Assembly: GCA_963714975.1 (NCBI GenBank)
Contig: CAVQQD010000002.1
Span: 928,001-992,000 of the forward strand
DNA: 64,000 nt
Origin: an uncultured Gammaproteobacteria bacterium
GTDB lineage: Bacteria > Pseudomonadota > Gammaproteobacteria > JAURND01
Direction: 5' to 3'
Below, piece after piece: positions 39,501 to 49,397 of this stretch; within the stretch, counting starts at the first letter, position 1; every line of letters starts with the position of its first letter. The notes under the pieces were generated by a model. It was not told the DNA's origin, ran no database searches, and was given only the letters and a program-made list of their open reading frames with translations. A program made the translations under genes and the position numbers.

Positions 39501-40072
39501 AAACTAACCCAACCCGCAACATAAGCCTGGCCTTCCGGGTCCGTCATTGCCCGCACACACCAGCGGGTGAGCTGCTCTATCTGTGCAGCAAAGATTTGCT
39601 CATCCCGCAGATAATGCTGGCTCAAGCGCGCAATAGCTAATTCCTTATCCTCTACCTGAAAATCAAAATTTAGTAGCTCTTGGCATAACCAAGTATGCAG
39701 CTCAGAAAAAGACTCCACCACATCTTGTTTCAGCAAGCGTCGACGAGCTTGGCGTAACACATACCATTGCTTGAACGCAAAAATGGGTTGCTCGGATAAA
39801 GTAGCTTGTGCTGAAGCTTGCACAGCTTTTATTATGTCAAATAAAGCGGCAATCTGCTCCTCAACCAAAGGAGCGCAGGCTAATAATAAAGCGCTTCTTT
39901 CCTCGGCTGAGAAAATCCGCCGATGATGACGATAGGCAATTAAATCCTGGTAAAGTACCGGATTCTCACGCTCTAGTTGCGAGATAAACTGCTCATCAAA
40001 GCGCTCCAACCACAAAGGGTCAAATAAATCTTGAAAACAAGCATTTTTTAATTTAAGTTCTGGGTTGACCAT
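36560..40072 (-). CDS. Large FAD/Fe-S oxidoreductase: GltD/NfnB-like domain fused to PyrK/NfnA-like domain
   Basis: CVYCH..CSKG, GCP, CPATGHRICNDCMKAC, GMGPAG, GGGLTGID, GPTG and MQCMLKGVCAQC...C. Confidence 0.8.
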   Translation of the reverse strand: MVNPELKLKNACFQDLFDPLWLERFDEQFISQLERENPVLYQDLIAYRHHRRIFSAEERSALLLACAPLVEEQIAALFDIIKAVQASAQATLSEQPIFAFKQWYVLRQARRRLLKQDVVESFSELHTWLCQELLNFDFQVEDKELAIARLSQHYLRDEQIFAAQIEQLTRWCVRAMTDPEGQAYVAGWVSFQLPHKLDYYQLVPLQPVPNDEVGRLQGPPQNFSHRDGFMLTDPRMTQRQVLNEIHYCVYCHEKDGDFCSKGFPVKKGEPEKGLRTNPLGEVQTGCPLEEKISEMHVLKKEGYPIAALAMIMVDNPMCPATGHRICNDCMKACIYQKQDPVNIPQTETGILTDVLALPWGVEIYDLLTRWNPLRQTQWVAKPYNGLKVLVMGMGPAGFSLAHHLLMEGCAVVGADGLKIEPLPAVYLQEPIYRYEDIKEALDKRIMAGFGGVAEYGITVRWDKNFLKLIYISLCRRPHFQVFGNVRFGGTIRVEDAWDLGFDHMAVAVGAGLPKALPIPGSMAPGMRQANDFLMALQLTGTAKESSLATLQVRLPAVIIGGGLTGIDTATEVQAYYIAQVEKVLHRYERLTEVLGEARLREQFDEHSFAILNEFLTHGRLVREERQLAAQQQRSVNFIPLLRAWGGVTVAYRRLLRESPAYLRNHEEVIKALEEGIYYAEGLNPKAVRLDEYGHVAALISESQFYDENRQWVASDEEHVLPAKSIFVATGAKPNIAYEFEHRGTFHREGSEYQAYDLNGELHVVHPHGHCKIEDFGAFTSYQQQGYRVTFLGDTHPIFHGSVVKAIASGKRTYPKILQALGEKAQGIGDLREYQNFANEINQLFNARIMQIIRHTPSMIELKIHAPMAARNFAPGQFYRLQNFETQAAVVGETSLQTEGTAALASHADQQAGTLSFMILEQGASTRLFATLHPGDPIAVMGPTGVRTKIPHDNETVLVIGGRLSAVHLLSVGAAMRAAGNRVLYVAGFKTADEVFCMEQLEKSADKIIWVTKHGEPIVSNRPQDIAVTGDLIATLARYAMGGLEGSPEIPLQAVTRVLLIGKYAFLKAFYTAKNSVLKPYFLNNPKFVASVYGPMQCMLKGVCAQCLVWQVDPDTGKRTKAVFSCSWHDQPFELVDLESLDERLVQNRMQEILTDLWLDYLFSHYGVERV

Positions 40073-40142
40073 CGATGGTTCCGAAAGGTATACTAGCGGG
40101 CTTCAGTATACATTGATCTACTTCAGAGGACACTAAAAAATT

Positions 40143-40514
40143 ATGGTAGTAATTCGATTATCGCGCACTGGCGCCAAAAAACGTCCCTTTTACCACATCG
40201 TGGCTATTGCTCGTCATCGCGCACGTGACAGTGGAAATTTTATTGAACGTCTTGGCTATTTTAACCCGATTGCGAAAGGGGGAGAAAAGAAACTGCACCT
40301 TGAAAGTGAACGTATTGCTTATTGGAAAAGCCAAGGCGCCAAACCTTCGGAACGTGTGGAATCACTTATTAAATTATCCCAAATGACGCCTGAAGAATTG
40401 GAGCGTATTGCCAAGAAAAAAACTGATCGCAAAGCTACGAAAACATCAGCAGCTGAAGTAGCAGTAGCTGTAGAGGTAGCTGAGGGTGAGGGTAGCAAGG
40501 ATAGCGGCAATTAA
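40143..40514 (+). CDS. rpsP: 30S ribosomal protein S16
   Basis: MVVIRLSRTGAKKRPFYHIV. Confidence 0.98.
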   Translation: MVVIRLSRTGAKKRPFYHIVAIARHRARDSGNFIERLGYFNPIAKGGEKKLHLESERIAYWKSQGAKPSERVESLIKLSQMTPEELERIAKKKTDRKATKTSAAEVAVAVEVAEGEGSKDSGN

Positions 40515-41013
40515 TAAACTGGTGACGCTCGGGCGACTTGGGAAAACTCATGGCGTATTAGGTTGGCTGCGGCTTATTTCTTTTACTGAACCTACCGAGA
40601 ATATTTTAACTTATGTTCCCTGGTTTATTAATATAGGAAAAGACTGGCAGCCCGTAAGCGAATACCAAACTAAACAGCAAGGGTCTCGTTTATATATAAA
40701 ATTTAGTGGTTACGATTCCCCAGAGAAAGCTAAGCAATTAACCAATGCGACCATTGCTGTGCTACGTTCGCAACTACCCCCACTGCCCGCCGGCGAATTT
40801 TATTGGGCTGATTTAGCAGGCTTGCGCGTCATTAATGAGCAGAATATTGAATTAGGTATCATTGACCATTTATTTGCAACCGGTTCAAACGATGTGCTGG
40901 TGGTTAAAAATGCTCAGCAAGAATGCTTAATACCTTATTTAAAGCAAGTAGTTTTAGCGATTGATCTTGATGCAGGGGTTATGCGAGTCGCATGGCAAGA
41001 AGATGAGGCATGA
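40486..41013 (+). CDS. rimM: Ribosome maturation factor RimM
   Basis: GKTHGVLGW, GEFYWADL and TGSNDVL; operon context. Confidence 0.95.
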   Translation: MRVARIAAINKLVTLGRLGKTHGVLGWLRLISFTEPTENILTYVPWFINIGKDWQPVSEYQTKQQGSRLYIKFSGYDSPEKAKQLTNATIAVLRSQLPPLPAGEFYWADLAGLRVINEQNIELGIIDHLFATGSNDVLVVKNAQQECLIPYLKQVVLAIDLDAGVMRVAWQEDEA

Positions 41014-41756
41014 AGATTAGCATCATTAGTTTATTTCCAGAGATGTTTTCGGCCTTAAATTATGGCATTGTGGGCAGAGCACTGCAGCGCAAGCTAGTGG
41101 AGTTAAGCTATTTTAATCCGCGTGATTTTGCTCATGATCGTTATCGAACTGTGGATGATCGTCCTTACGGCGGTGGTCCAGGTATGGTAATGAAAGTACC
41201 GCCACTTGCTGAAGCGATTACAGTAGCACGAAAAGTTTGTTCTGCAGGCCCGGTCATTTATGTTTCACCTCAGGGAAAATTATTTAATCACGCAGCAGCA
41301 ATGCAGTTGGCGCAGCAGCAAGATTTTATTTTACTCAATGGTCGCTATGAAGGAATCGATGAACGACTGATTGCAACAATGGTTGACGAAGAATGGTCAA
41401 TCGGCGATTATGTATTAAGTGGCGGAGAGCTAGCTAGTATGGTGATAATTGACTCCGTGGTGCGTTGTCTACCGGGAGTGGTCGGGCATCAAGCTTCGGT
41501 AGCGCAGGACTCTTTTTCGCAGGATCGATTAGACTATCCACACTATACGCGTCCCGCAGCAGTCGAAGGCTTAAGTGTCCCTGCCCTATTAAATAGTGGC
41601 GATCATGCAGCAATTACGCGCTGGCGCTTGAAGCAGGCAGTGGGCCGAACTTGGCAACGTCGCCCTGACTTATTGAGCAAAAGACCACTGACAGCTTATG
41701 AAGAAATATTATTGCATGAGTTTATTGAAGAAGAACATAAGGACATGAAACTTTAA
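41010..41756 (+). CDS. trmD: tRNA (guanine37-N1)-methyltransferase
   Basis: [21 protein letters not shown] and [11 protein letters not shown]. Confidence 0.98.
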   Translation: MKISIISLFPEMFSALNYGIVGRALQRKLVELSYFNPRDFAHDRYRTVDDRPYGGGPGMVMKVPPLAEAITVARKVCSAGPVIYVSPQGKLFNHAAAMQLAQQQDFILLNGRYEGIDERLIATMVDEEWSIGDYVLSGGELASMVIIDSVVRCLPGVVGHQASVAQDSFSQDRLDYPHYTRPAAVEGLSVPALLNSGDHAAITRWRLKQAVGRTWQRRPDLLSKRPLTAYEEILLHEFIEEEHKDMKL

Positions 41757-41830
41757 CATCCCTGTCAACTGGATCTCTGCATCCTGCAGGGACGACGACG
41801 ACGAGGGTCGTTTACTTGAGGAGAGAAAAC

Positions 41831-42178
41831 ATGGCTAATTTATTAGAACAATGGGAATCAGAGCAATTACGTTCAGAGAAACTACCTGCCTTTAAACCTG
41901 GAGATACTGTCATAGTCCAGGTCGAGGTAAAAGAAGGGGAACGCAAACGTTTACAAGCCTTTGAAGGTGTGGTTATTGCAATTAAAAATGCTGGGCTTAA
42001 TTCTCATTTTAGAGTACGTAAAATATCGCATGGTGAAGGAGTTGAGCGAGTCTTCCAAACCCATAGCCCCATAGTGCACAAAGTTCAAGTCAAACGACGA
42101 GGGGCAGTGCGCCGAGCTAAGCTCTATTATTTGCGAGCTTTGGCAGGTAAGAAAGCAAGAATTAGAGAAGATATTTAA
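41831..42178 (+). CDS. rplS: 50S ribosomal protein L19
   Basis: FKPGDTV, RLQAFEG and [10 protein letters not shown]. Confidence 0.98.
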   Translation: MANLLEQWESEQLRSEKLPAFKPGDTVIVQVEVKEGERKRLQAFEGVVIAIKNAGLNSHFRVRKISHGEGVERVFQTHSPIVHKVQVKRRGAVRRAKLYYLRALAGKKARIREDI

Positions 42179-42228
42179 ATCCTTTTCCCGTTGGAAGAAG
42201 GTGCCGAAGGCGGATGAAGGCAGTCTCC

Positions 42229-42540
42229 ATGCTTAAAATAAGTTTTTATGTCCCTGAATCAGATGCAGACCGCGTGAAAGCGGCTATGTTTGCTGCTGGC
42301 GCGGGTAAACTAGGAGCTTACGATCAAGTAGCTTGGCAAACCCTCGGAACTGGCCAATTTCGCCCTCTGAGTGGCAGTAATCCTAGCATTGGCATGATGA
42401 ACGAAGTGAGCTATGTCAGTGAATATAAGGTCGAGATGGTTTGCGAAGAACCAATCATCGCCGAAGTTATCCAAGCGCTAAAAGCTGCTCACCCTTATGA
42501 AGAACCCGCCTTTGATGTCATCAAGATAGAGAATCCCTAA
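42229..42540 (+). CDS. NIF3/YqfO-like small protein
   Basis: FYVP, AGAGKLGAYD, GQFRPL and AHPYEEPA. Confidence 0.85.
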   Translation: MLKISFYVPESDADRVKAAMFAAGAGKLGAYDQVAWQTLGTGQFRPLSGSNPSIGMMNEVSYVSEYKVEMVCEEPIIAEVIQALKAAHPYEEPAFDVIKIENP

Positions 42541-42571
42541 CCAAGATTATCCTTTCTCCTACAGCGCTTTT

Positions 42572-42952
42572 TTAGGGAGGTATCCCTAGCACCTGCTCTG
42601 CACTAAAAACCTCCCTATTTAATATCGGTCGAGATAAAAAATGCACTAACACAGCCTTGCAATAACGTAGTTTTTCGTGATGCTGAGGGAATGGTATGTT
42701 TTCAGTAGGAACCTCTGCCACAGTAAAATAGGGATAATTATTTTCTTTAGCCAACATAGCTGCTCGCATAAGTAAATAATGATCCACTTGAGCTACAGAA
42801 AAATAGCCAATCCCATCATAGCTGATCACATAAGTTTGTGGCCCATGTGCAGTAATTGCATAACCGCTGGAGGGGATTTTTTTCGAAGAAAAAATACTAC
42901 AGCCTACTAATAAGCAGCATAAAATAGTTAATACGAAAGATAAAAAGCGCAT
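42572..42952 (-). CDS. Putative lipoprotein (CC0125/CC1285-like)
   Basis: LLVGC lipobox; YVISYDG...LLMRAAMLAKENNYPYF. Confidence 0.6.
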   Translation of the reverse strand: MRFLSFVLTILCCLLVGCSIFSSKKIPSSGYAITAHGPQTYVISYDGIGYFSVAQVDHYLLMRAAMLAKENNYPYFTVAEVPTENIPFPQHHEKLRYCKAVLVHFLSRPILNREVFSAEQVLGIPP

Positions 42953-43208
42953 AATTTTCCATCCATCTTGCATTCCCCAAGATTTTATCGTAATAAAAGC
43001 CAGCAATATACTCTATTGTCAATTCTGGGCCTGCCCTAAGCACAATCTTTTGACTGCTAAGCAACAAGGCCAAAAAATTATCTAAATTTTATAATTAATC
43101 GTTTACATTTACTGACGATATGTTATCGTTGGCTTCTGGCGGATTAGTTACCATCTTAAAACTTCTCTTCCCGACACAGTTTCCCGGAAAATAATTAGGA
43201 GATGACCT

Positions 43209-43556
43209 ATGGCAAATCAAAATAAAGAAGTCCCCAATTCAGCAAAGGCAGGAGTTGTAACGTTTGCAGCTGGAATAGCAACATTAATAGCTAGTGGTGC
43301 ACGTATGAAGGTGGATTTTCCCGGCGTTGATACAATTCCTAGTCCAATTTTTCACAACTTGGACACTGTAACGGCAAAGTTAGCTAATAGCGGCATGATT
43401 TTAATTATTGCAGGTTCTGCGCTACTAATAGCGGGTTTAATCTATGCTGGATATAAGCAAAATTCGAGCGCATCAGAGAGTATTAAAAAAGAGGAAAAAC
43501 CTATTGAATCAGGCCCTTTATCAATAAATACTTCACCCTCTACATCTTCGCAATAA
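43209..43556 (+). CDS. Hypothetical two-TM membrane protein
   Basis: AGGAG SD; two hydrophobic segments and a Ser-rich tail. Confidence 0.6.
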   Translation: MANQNKEVPNSAKAGVVTFAAGIATLIASGARMKVDFPGVDTIPSPIFHNLDTVTAKLANSGMILIIAGSALLIAGLIYAGYKQNSSASESIKKEEKPIESGPLSINTSPSTSSQ

Positions 43557-43710
43557 AAGGATAGCCAAACTCACTAACCCTGCAGCAAGATTATTTTGCG
43601 GTGTACTGTCCGCCTCAGCGGGAATTGCTGCTCAGGCGGAGCACGGGGTGCTTTTAGCCATAAAATATGCTAAAATTGCCTCCCATAAAAGCAAATATGA
43701 GTAGAGTCCC

Positions 43711-45474
43711 GTGAAATTGCCGCATACCTTGCCCAGATTTATTTGGTTTTTTCTTAAGCAACAACCTATTGCCTTCATCATCATTCTCGTCACTTCTTGG
43801 GTTTGGGCAATTAACGAAAGCTTATTTCCTTACTTTATTAAATCTTTCGTTGATACTATCAACCAGCATCATGGCGATCCGTTACACATATGGCAAGTAC
43901 TGCAATTGCCCTTAATTGGATTTACCTGCCTTTGGCTGTTAATGGAATTTTCGATGCGTTTGCAAGGAATACTGATGATGAAAGCTTTCCCACGGATGCG
44001 CAGCCAAATTCGGGAAGCAGTTTTTAATTATGTTCGGCAACATTCTCACGACTATTTTGCCAATCATTTTGCCGGAAATATTGCCAGCAAAATGAACGAT
44101 CTTCCTTTTGGCATCGATTTAATTTTACAAATTTTGCTATTTAATTTTGTCGCCTTTTCCATTGCTTTTACTGTAGCTATTATTTTGATCTCACAAGTCA
44201 GTCTGTATTTTTCCGCGCTATTATTGGGCTGGGCACTGATCCATATCATGCTCACGATTCTATTTCTAAAATCAGGCTATGTTCTGGCAGAAACCTCCTC
44301 AGAAGCCTCTTCCACTGTGACGGGAAAAATTGTTGATAGCCTAACTAATATTTTAAATGTTCGCATCTTTTCGCGTGGGGAATATGAAAACCGTTATTTA
44401 CGCCGATTCACTCAGCGGGAAGAATCCCATCATGTTAAGGCATTATGGCATTTAGAAAAATTAAAATTAATCCAAGGAGCATTGGGCACAGTTTTTATCT
44501 TCACTGTGGTTTTTAGCTTAATTTACGGCTGGTCACATGGTTGGGTTACCTTAGGTGATTTTACCTTGATTGGGATGCTCTCTCTTTCAATGCTGGGTTT
44601 TATTTGGTATGCCTCATTTCAAATGTCAACCTTTGTACGTGAGGCTGGAAAAATGCAGGCTGCGCTCAGTCTCATCACTGTATCCCACACTATCAAAGAC
44701 CGCTTCAATGCCCTTCCCTTAATGGTTGAGAAGGGTAGCATCGAATTTAAGGAGGTGACTTTTTCCTATGCAGGGACAGGTCCTATTTTTAACCAACTTT
44801 CTGTCAAAATTCCTGGCGGGCAAAAAGTAGGTCTAGTTGGATTTTCTGGATCAGGAAAATCAACATTCGTAAATTTAATGCTGCGTTTCTTTGATATTCG
44901 AGAGGGAGCCGTTTTAATTGATAACCAAAATATCTTAGAAGTCACGAGTCATTCGCTACGTCAACAAATTGCAATGATCCCCCAAGATCCCAGTTTGTTT
45001 CATCGCACTCTCCTGGAAAATATTCGTTATGGTCGTGAAGAGGCTAGTGATGAAGAAGTAATCCAGGCCGCAAAATTAGCCCATTGCCATGAATTCATTG
45101 AGCAACTGGATGAAAAATATCAATCTCTAGTGGGGGAACGAGGAATAAAATTATCGGGTGGTCAACGACAACGGATCGCTATTGCCCGCGCCATTTTGAA
45201 AAATGCCCCGATTTTAATTTTAGATGAAGCTACTTCATCATTAGATTCTGTGACCGAAAAATTGATCCAAGCCAGCTTGAATAAATTAATGCAAAATGCC
45301 ACCACTATGGTAATTGCACATCGCTTATCTACTTTATTACATATGGACCGAATTTTAGTTTTTAATCAAGGTAGAATTGTTGAAGATGGCTCTGTTCAAG
45401 AATTATTAGCGCAAAAAGGGCATTTCTTTCAGTTATGGAGTATGCAAGCCGGGGGATTTTTACCGGAGTCATAA
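43711..45474 (+). CDS. ABC exporter, fused permease/ATPase
   Basis: GFSGSGKST, LSGGQRQR and ILDEATSSLD; TM N-terminal half. Confidence 0.93.
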   Translation: MKLPHTLPRFIWFFLKQQPIAFIIILVTSWVWAINESLFPYFIKSFVDTINQHHGDPLHIWQVLQLPLIGFTCLWLLMEFSMRLQGILMMKAFPRMRSQIREAVFNYVRQHSHDYFANHFAGNIASKMNDLPFGIDLILQILLFNFVAFSIAFTVAIILISQVSLYFSALLLGWALIHIMLTILFLKSGYVLAETSSEASSTVTGKIVDSLTNILNVRIFSRGEYENRYLRRFTQREESHHVKALWHLEKLKLIQGALGTVFIFTVVFSLIYGWSHGWVTLGDFTLIGMLSLSMLGFIWYASFQMSTFVREAGKMQAALSLITVSHTIKDRFNALPLMVEKGSIEFKEVTFSYAGTGPIFNQLSVKIPGGQKVGLVGFSGSGKSTFVNLMLRFFDIREGAVLIDNQNILEVTSHSLRQQIAMIPQDPSLFHRTLLENIRYGREEASDEEVIQAAKLAHCHEFIEQLDEKYQSLVGERGIKLSGGQRQRIAIARAILKNAPILILDEATSSLDSVTEKLIQASLNKLMQNATTMVIAHRLSTLLHMDRILVFNQGRIVEDGSVQELLAQKGHFFQLWSMQAGGFLPES

Positions 45475-45537
45475 AATTCCCCCTCTCCCTAATCCTCTCC
45501 GGACGGTGGGAGAGGGAGCATGTCAGTTAATTATTTG

Positions 45538-45720
45538 CTAATAAAAGCCGTAATAATATCCGTAGTCATAGCCATAGCCAACTCCTGGATAAGCCACCAC
45601 TGTGGGGACTTCTGCAGGATATACGCCTACTTCTGGATAAGGAGTATAAAGTCCAGCTGCACAACCTGCTAATACTAAACTTACGGCTCCCATTAGAACT
45701 ATTTTCTTTAAATTCGACAT
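45538..45720 (-). CDS. Small Tyr/Gly-rich lipoprotein
   Basis: GGAGG SD, LAGC lipobox, GYGYDYGYYYGFY tail. Confidence 0.6.
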   Translation of the reverse strand: MSNLKKIVLMGAVSLVLAGCAAGLYTPYPEVGVYPAEVPTVVAYPGVGYGYDYGYYYGFY

Positions 45721-45816
45721 AAAAACCTCCATTTTCACCAATTTAGTTTTGTAATTACAGGTTCTCCACTGTAACTATAGTAGATTCCAATCGGAATTCT
45801 CGCTATACTGCGCCCC

Positions 45817-46515
45817 ATGAGCGCACTAGCCATTTTGCAGTTACCCGAAGGAGCAACAAGGTTGTTATTACACTCTTGCTGTGCTCCTTGCTCGGGTGAG
45901 ATCATGGAACGTCTACTTGCCTCGGGAATCGACTACACCATTTTTTTCTATAACCCAAACATACATCCTTTCAAGGAATACGAAATTCGTAAAGCTGAGA
46001 ACATTCGATTTGCCGATAAATATCAAGTTCCATTCATTGATCTGGATGCAGATTATTTTTCTGATCGTGATCAATGGTTTAAACGAGCTAAAGGTATGGA
46101 AAACGAACCGGAGCGTGGGATTCGGTGTACTATGTGCTTCGATATGCGCTTTGAACGAACAGCGCTGTATGCGCATGAACAGGGCTTTCCAGTTTTTACC
46201 AGTTCGCTGGGAATTTCCCGTTGGAAAAATATGGAACAAATTAATGATAGTGGTACCCGCGCAGCTGCTCGGTATCCTAACTTAATTTATTGGACCTTCA
46301 ACTGGCGCAAACAAGGGGGGTCACAACGAATGATTGAAATCTCTAAGCGTGAAGAATTTTATCAGCAAGAATATTGCGGATGCGCCTATTCGATGCGAGA
46401 TACCAATCAGTGGCGGGTACAAAATAGTCGACCCCGAATTAAAATTGGTAAAAAGTTTTATACCCCTGGCACTATTCCTTCTCCCCTTGTGGGAGAAGGT
46501 GCCGAAGGCGGATGA
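45817..46515 (+). CDS. queH: Epoxyqueuosine reductase QueH
   Basis: [24 protein letters not shown] and YQQEYCGC. Confidence 0.93.
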   Translation: MSALAILQLPEGATRLLLHSCCAPCSGEIMERLLASGIDYTIFFYNPNIHPFKEYEIRKAENIRFADKYQVPFIDLDADYFSDRDQWFKRAKGMENEPERGIRCTMCFDMRFERTALYAHEQGFPVFTSSLGISRWKNMEQINDSGTRAAARYPNLIYWTFNWRKQGGSQRMIEISKREEFYQQEYCGCAYSMRDTNQWRVQNSRPRIKIGKKFYTPGTIPSPLVGEGAEGG

Positions 46516-46600
46516 GGGATAAGTTTGAAATGGCTCAAAGCCAGAGGAGGCGACCCCTCATCCGGCCTATGGCCACCTTCTCCCACAAAGGGAGAAGGAA
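46476..46600. repeat. Full-length palindromic REP-like element, CTTCTCCC..GGGAGAAGG family
   Basis: Inverted arms TCCTTCTCCCCTTGTGGGAGAAGGTGCCGAAGGCGGATGAGGG / CCCTCATCCGGCCTATGGCCACCTTCTCCCACAAAGGGAGAAGGA; partial copies near 34997, 42180, 45479, 50283, 50492, 54209, 55587 and 61813. Confidence 0.85.
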
Positions 46601-46623
46601 TAATGTTGAGGGTTTATTAGACA

Positions 46624-47559
46624 ATGTGGTTTAAACAAGCATTAATTTATCAACTTTCCGATCCTATTCCCTATCGTCCTGAGCAATTAGCCGAGCAACT
46701 CTCTCCCTTGGTCTTTACTCCTTGTTTACCTAGCTTTCCTATGAGTCAAGGCTGGGTATCCCCTTTAGAGCAAGAAGAAACAGCGCCTCTTTCGCATGGT
46801 GCCCAGGGATACATGATGATTTGCTTACAAATAGAAGAAAGAATTTTACCCGCTGTTGTCATCAGGCAGAAGTTGCAACAAAAAATCAAGGAAATCGAAA
46901 CCCAGCAAGACTATAAAGTAACCCAAAAAGAAAAATATGCGCTTAAAGAAGAAATAATCCGCACTTTATTGCCCAAAGCATTCACCAAACTATCCCATAT
47001 TTATGCTTATTTTGACTGTAAAAATAATTGGCTTATTTTAGATACTAGCAACCTGCCCCGCGCAGAAATGTTGTTGGCACTGTTAAAAAAATCCATACCA
47101 ACTATCCAGTTTCGTGCTTTGGAAACTCCTAAACTTGCCTCTGTTCTAACTCAGTGGCTCATTCAAGGAAATTTTCCTCAGGCGTTTTCGATTGAAAAAT
47201 CTTGTGTTTTAATTGACCCGAATCAGAAAAGCCGAATTGTCCGGTGCCAACAACAAGATTTATTTGCTCATGGCATACAAGCTCTGATTAAAGATGGTTG
47301 CCGTGTCAAACAAATTAGCCTTTCCTGGCAAGAACGGGTTAACTTCGCCTTATTGGATGATTGTTCTTTACGAAGTATTAAATTTCAGGATGCAGTCATT
47401 GCTCAAGTCAAAGAGCTAGAGCCAGAAACAACGCAACAACAATTTGATGCGGATTTTATTATTATGGCAGAAACATTCCGTGCCTTATTGGCTGATTTAC
47501 AGGTTACTACCAACTCTGATTCTCAAAAATATATCCTTCAGGATATGCTGGAGCAGTGA
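46624..47559 (+). CDS. rdgC: Recombination-associated protein RdgC
   Basis: MWFKQALIY, SQGWVSPL, EERILPA, LLPKAF and FDADF. Confidence 0.93.
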   Translation: MWFKQALIYQLSDPIPYRPEQLAEQLSPLVFTPCLPSFPMSQGWVSPLEQEETAPLSHGAQGYMMICLQIEERILPAVVIRQKLQQKIKEIETQQDYKVTQKEKYALKEEIIRTLLPKAFTKLSHIYAYFDCKNNWLILDTSNLPRAEMLLALLKKSIPTIQFRALETPKLASVLTQWLIQGNFPQAFSIEKSCVLIDPNQKSRIVRCQQQDLFAHGIQALIKDGCRVKQISLSWQERVNFALLDDCSLRSIKFQDAVIAQVKELEPETTQQQFDADFIIMAETFRALLADLQVTTNSDSQKYILQDMLEQ

Positions 47560-47809
47560 TAATGACCGGAGGATAATCATGACGATTATAATAGGTCGTG
47601 GCAGGGTAGTAAGGATAATTATTTACATCAATATTTACATCGCGATAATAGCAATGATAAGCAGGGGTATAGGCACAAAAATAAAAAGCCTCATTAGCAG
47701 GGCTGGGTACTTCATAAACAGGTGAACTCGGTACGGCCACAAAAAAGGCGTAGCTTGAATTTGCCCCCATCAGGGTTGCAATAAACAGGAAAGGTATAAT
47801 TCGTTTCAT
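47507..47809 (-). CDS. Hypothetical secreted Tyr/Pro-rich protein
   Basis: Signal peptide; overlaps the stop of the upstream DUF333 gene. Confidence 0.5.
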   Translation of the reverse strand: MKRIIPFLFIATLMGANSSYAFFVAVPSSPVYEVPSPANEAFYFCAYTPAYHCYYRDVNIDVNNYPYYPATTYYNRHDYPPVIITAPAYPEGYIFENQSW

Positions 47810-48141
47810 GGTATCTCCCTATCACTGATTTTGCGTGGAGTCTTACAGCGCATCACCAGTATGTGATTTTTGTCATCCAAAACTAGGCAATATTTTCCTG
47901 GGTTTCTAGCATCAACATGCTTTTCAGGCCAATAAAACCTGCCTGGTTGGCACTGACCATGAAAATATTGCCACTCATCACAATAACTATAATCTGGAAA
48001 TAGACAAAATCCAGACCATCCTGCCTCATCAGACAACATGACTTCCTGAAAATGCCGTTGCGTACAATACACGCTGGCGGGATTGGGCAATCCCAAGGCG
48101 ACCGTTGATAGGAGTAGTCCTGCTAATAATAACCTGTGCAC
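47806..48141 (-). CDS. DUF333 (putative hemolysin) domain protein
   Basis: LPNPASVYC...GFCLFPD...CDEWQYF. Confidence 0.75.
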   Translation of the reverse strand: MHRLLLAGLLLSTVALGLPNPASVYCTQRHFQEVMLSDEAGWSGFCLFPDYSYCDEWQYFHGQCQPGRFYWPEKHVDARNPGKYCLVLDDKNHILVMRCKTPRKISDREIP

Positions 48142-48155
48142 GTGTCGACCTCTGG

Positions 48156-49397
48156 CTATACCACGGCAGGAGCCGCTGGTTCATTAAGCGCTTTTTGCGC
48201 AATCACAGCCGCCTTGTCATAACCAATAATTGGCGTTAACACAGACACCAGCATTAACGAGTCATGAATTTTCTGATTACGCTGGTGCTCAAGTGTGGGC
48301 CGCGCCTCTACATAATGAATGCGAAATTTTTCACAGCCATCCCCCAATATGGTCGAAGAATGCAGCACATTTTTAACCACAATCGGGCGCATCGCACTCA
48401 TTTCAAAATGTCCATGCGAACTTGCCATTGCTACTGCATTATCGTTAGCAATGACCTGAATACAAATCATCACTAAAGATTCAAGCTGCGAAGTTTTATC
48501 ATCATGCGAAATGACTGAGGTAGTCAATCCTTCTGTGGAAAAATGACTATGTCGTGACCAACGTATGCCATTGACTATCTTCATTAAAGCTACTGCTAAA
48601 GACCGCAACGCAGCGCTGCTGGCTACCATCGCGTCGAGTGAAACCCAAGGCAGGCATTTATGATGTGTGCTCACAAAAGCTTGCCCAGTTAATTGAGCAA
48701 TTTCATCAGTTACTTTTGCCGAAATAGCTGGGATAGAATTGGGTAATTTATGCAATCCTTTCAGAGAATGACGTACCAGCTGTACTGCATCTCGAATCTG
48801 CCCCGCATAACTTTGCCAGGTATGATGCGCGATCAAATCGCTATCTTGGGTCTTGCGCTGGATAGCATCCGCGAGTGCAACCGCGCTAGGAATGAGGTGG
48901 TGGCTAAGTTCCAAAGCCGTAGCAATGTGCATAGCAATAGAAAAAGTATTCTCGGAGGACTGAGACATGTTCACGTCATCAGGATGAATGGGATCTTTTG
49001 ACCCCAGCTTCCCTCCGCTTAATTGAATAGCACGATTGGCAATGACCTCATTGATATTAGTATCAGATTGCACTCCTGACCCTGTTTGCCAAACTACCAA
49101 GGGAAACTCTCGATCTAATTTGCCAGCAATGACTTCCTCGGCTGCTTTAATGATTAAAGAGGCTTTATCAGCAGCTAGTTTGCCTTCCATTTGATTGACA
49201 ATTGCTGCAGCCTTTTTGACATAACCATAGGCATGAAAAATTGCTTTGGGCATATGGTCTTCACCAATTGAAAAATGAGTCAGCGATCGTTGTGTTTGTG
49301 CTCCCCATAATCGTTCTGCTGGTATTTTGATTTGACCCAAAGCATCCGTTTCCACACGAACCTTAGCCGCTGCTTGCTGTTTTTTTGTAGGACTCAT
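48156..49397 (-). CDS. Class II fumarase (FumC) homolog lacking catalytic motifs
   Basis: ETDALG, LWGAQTQRS, FPLVVWQTGSG and IGYDKAA retained; GRTH, GGTAVGTG and GSSIMPGKVNP absent. Confidence 0.85.
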   Translation of the reverse strand: MSPTKKQQAAAKVRVETDALGQIKIPAERLWGAQTQRSLTHFSIGEDHMPKAIFHAYGYVKKAAAIVNQMEGKLAADKASLIIKAAEEVIAGKLDREFPLVVWQTGSGVQSDTNINEVIANRAIQLSGGKLGSKDPIHPDDVNMSQSSENTFSIAMHIATALELSHHLIPSAVALADAIQRKTQDSDLIAHHTWQSYAGQIRDAVQLVRHSLKGLHKLPNSIPAISAKVTDEIAQLTGQAFVSTHHKCLPWVSLDAMVASSAALRSLAVALMKIVNGIRWSRHSHFSTEGLTTSVISHDDKTSQLESLVMICIQVIANDNAVAMASSHGHFEMSAMRPIVVKNVLHSSTILGDGCEKFRIHYVEARPTLEHQRNQKIHDSLMLVSVLTPIIGYDKAAVIAQKALNEPAAPAVV

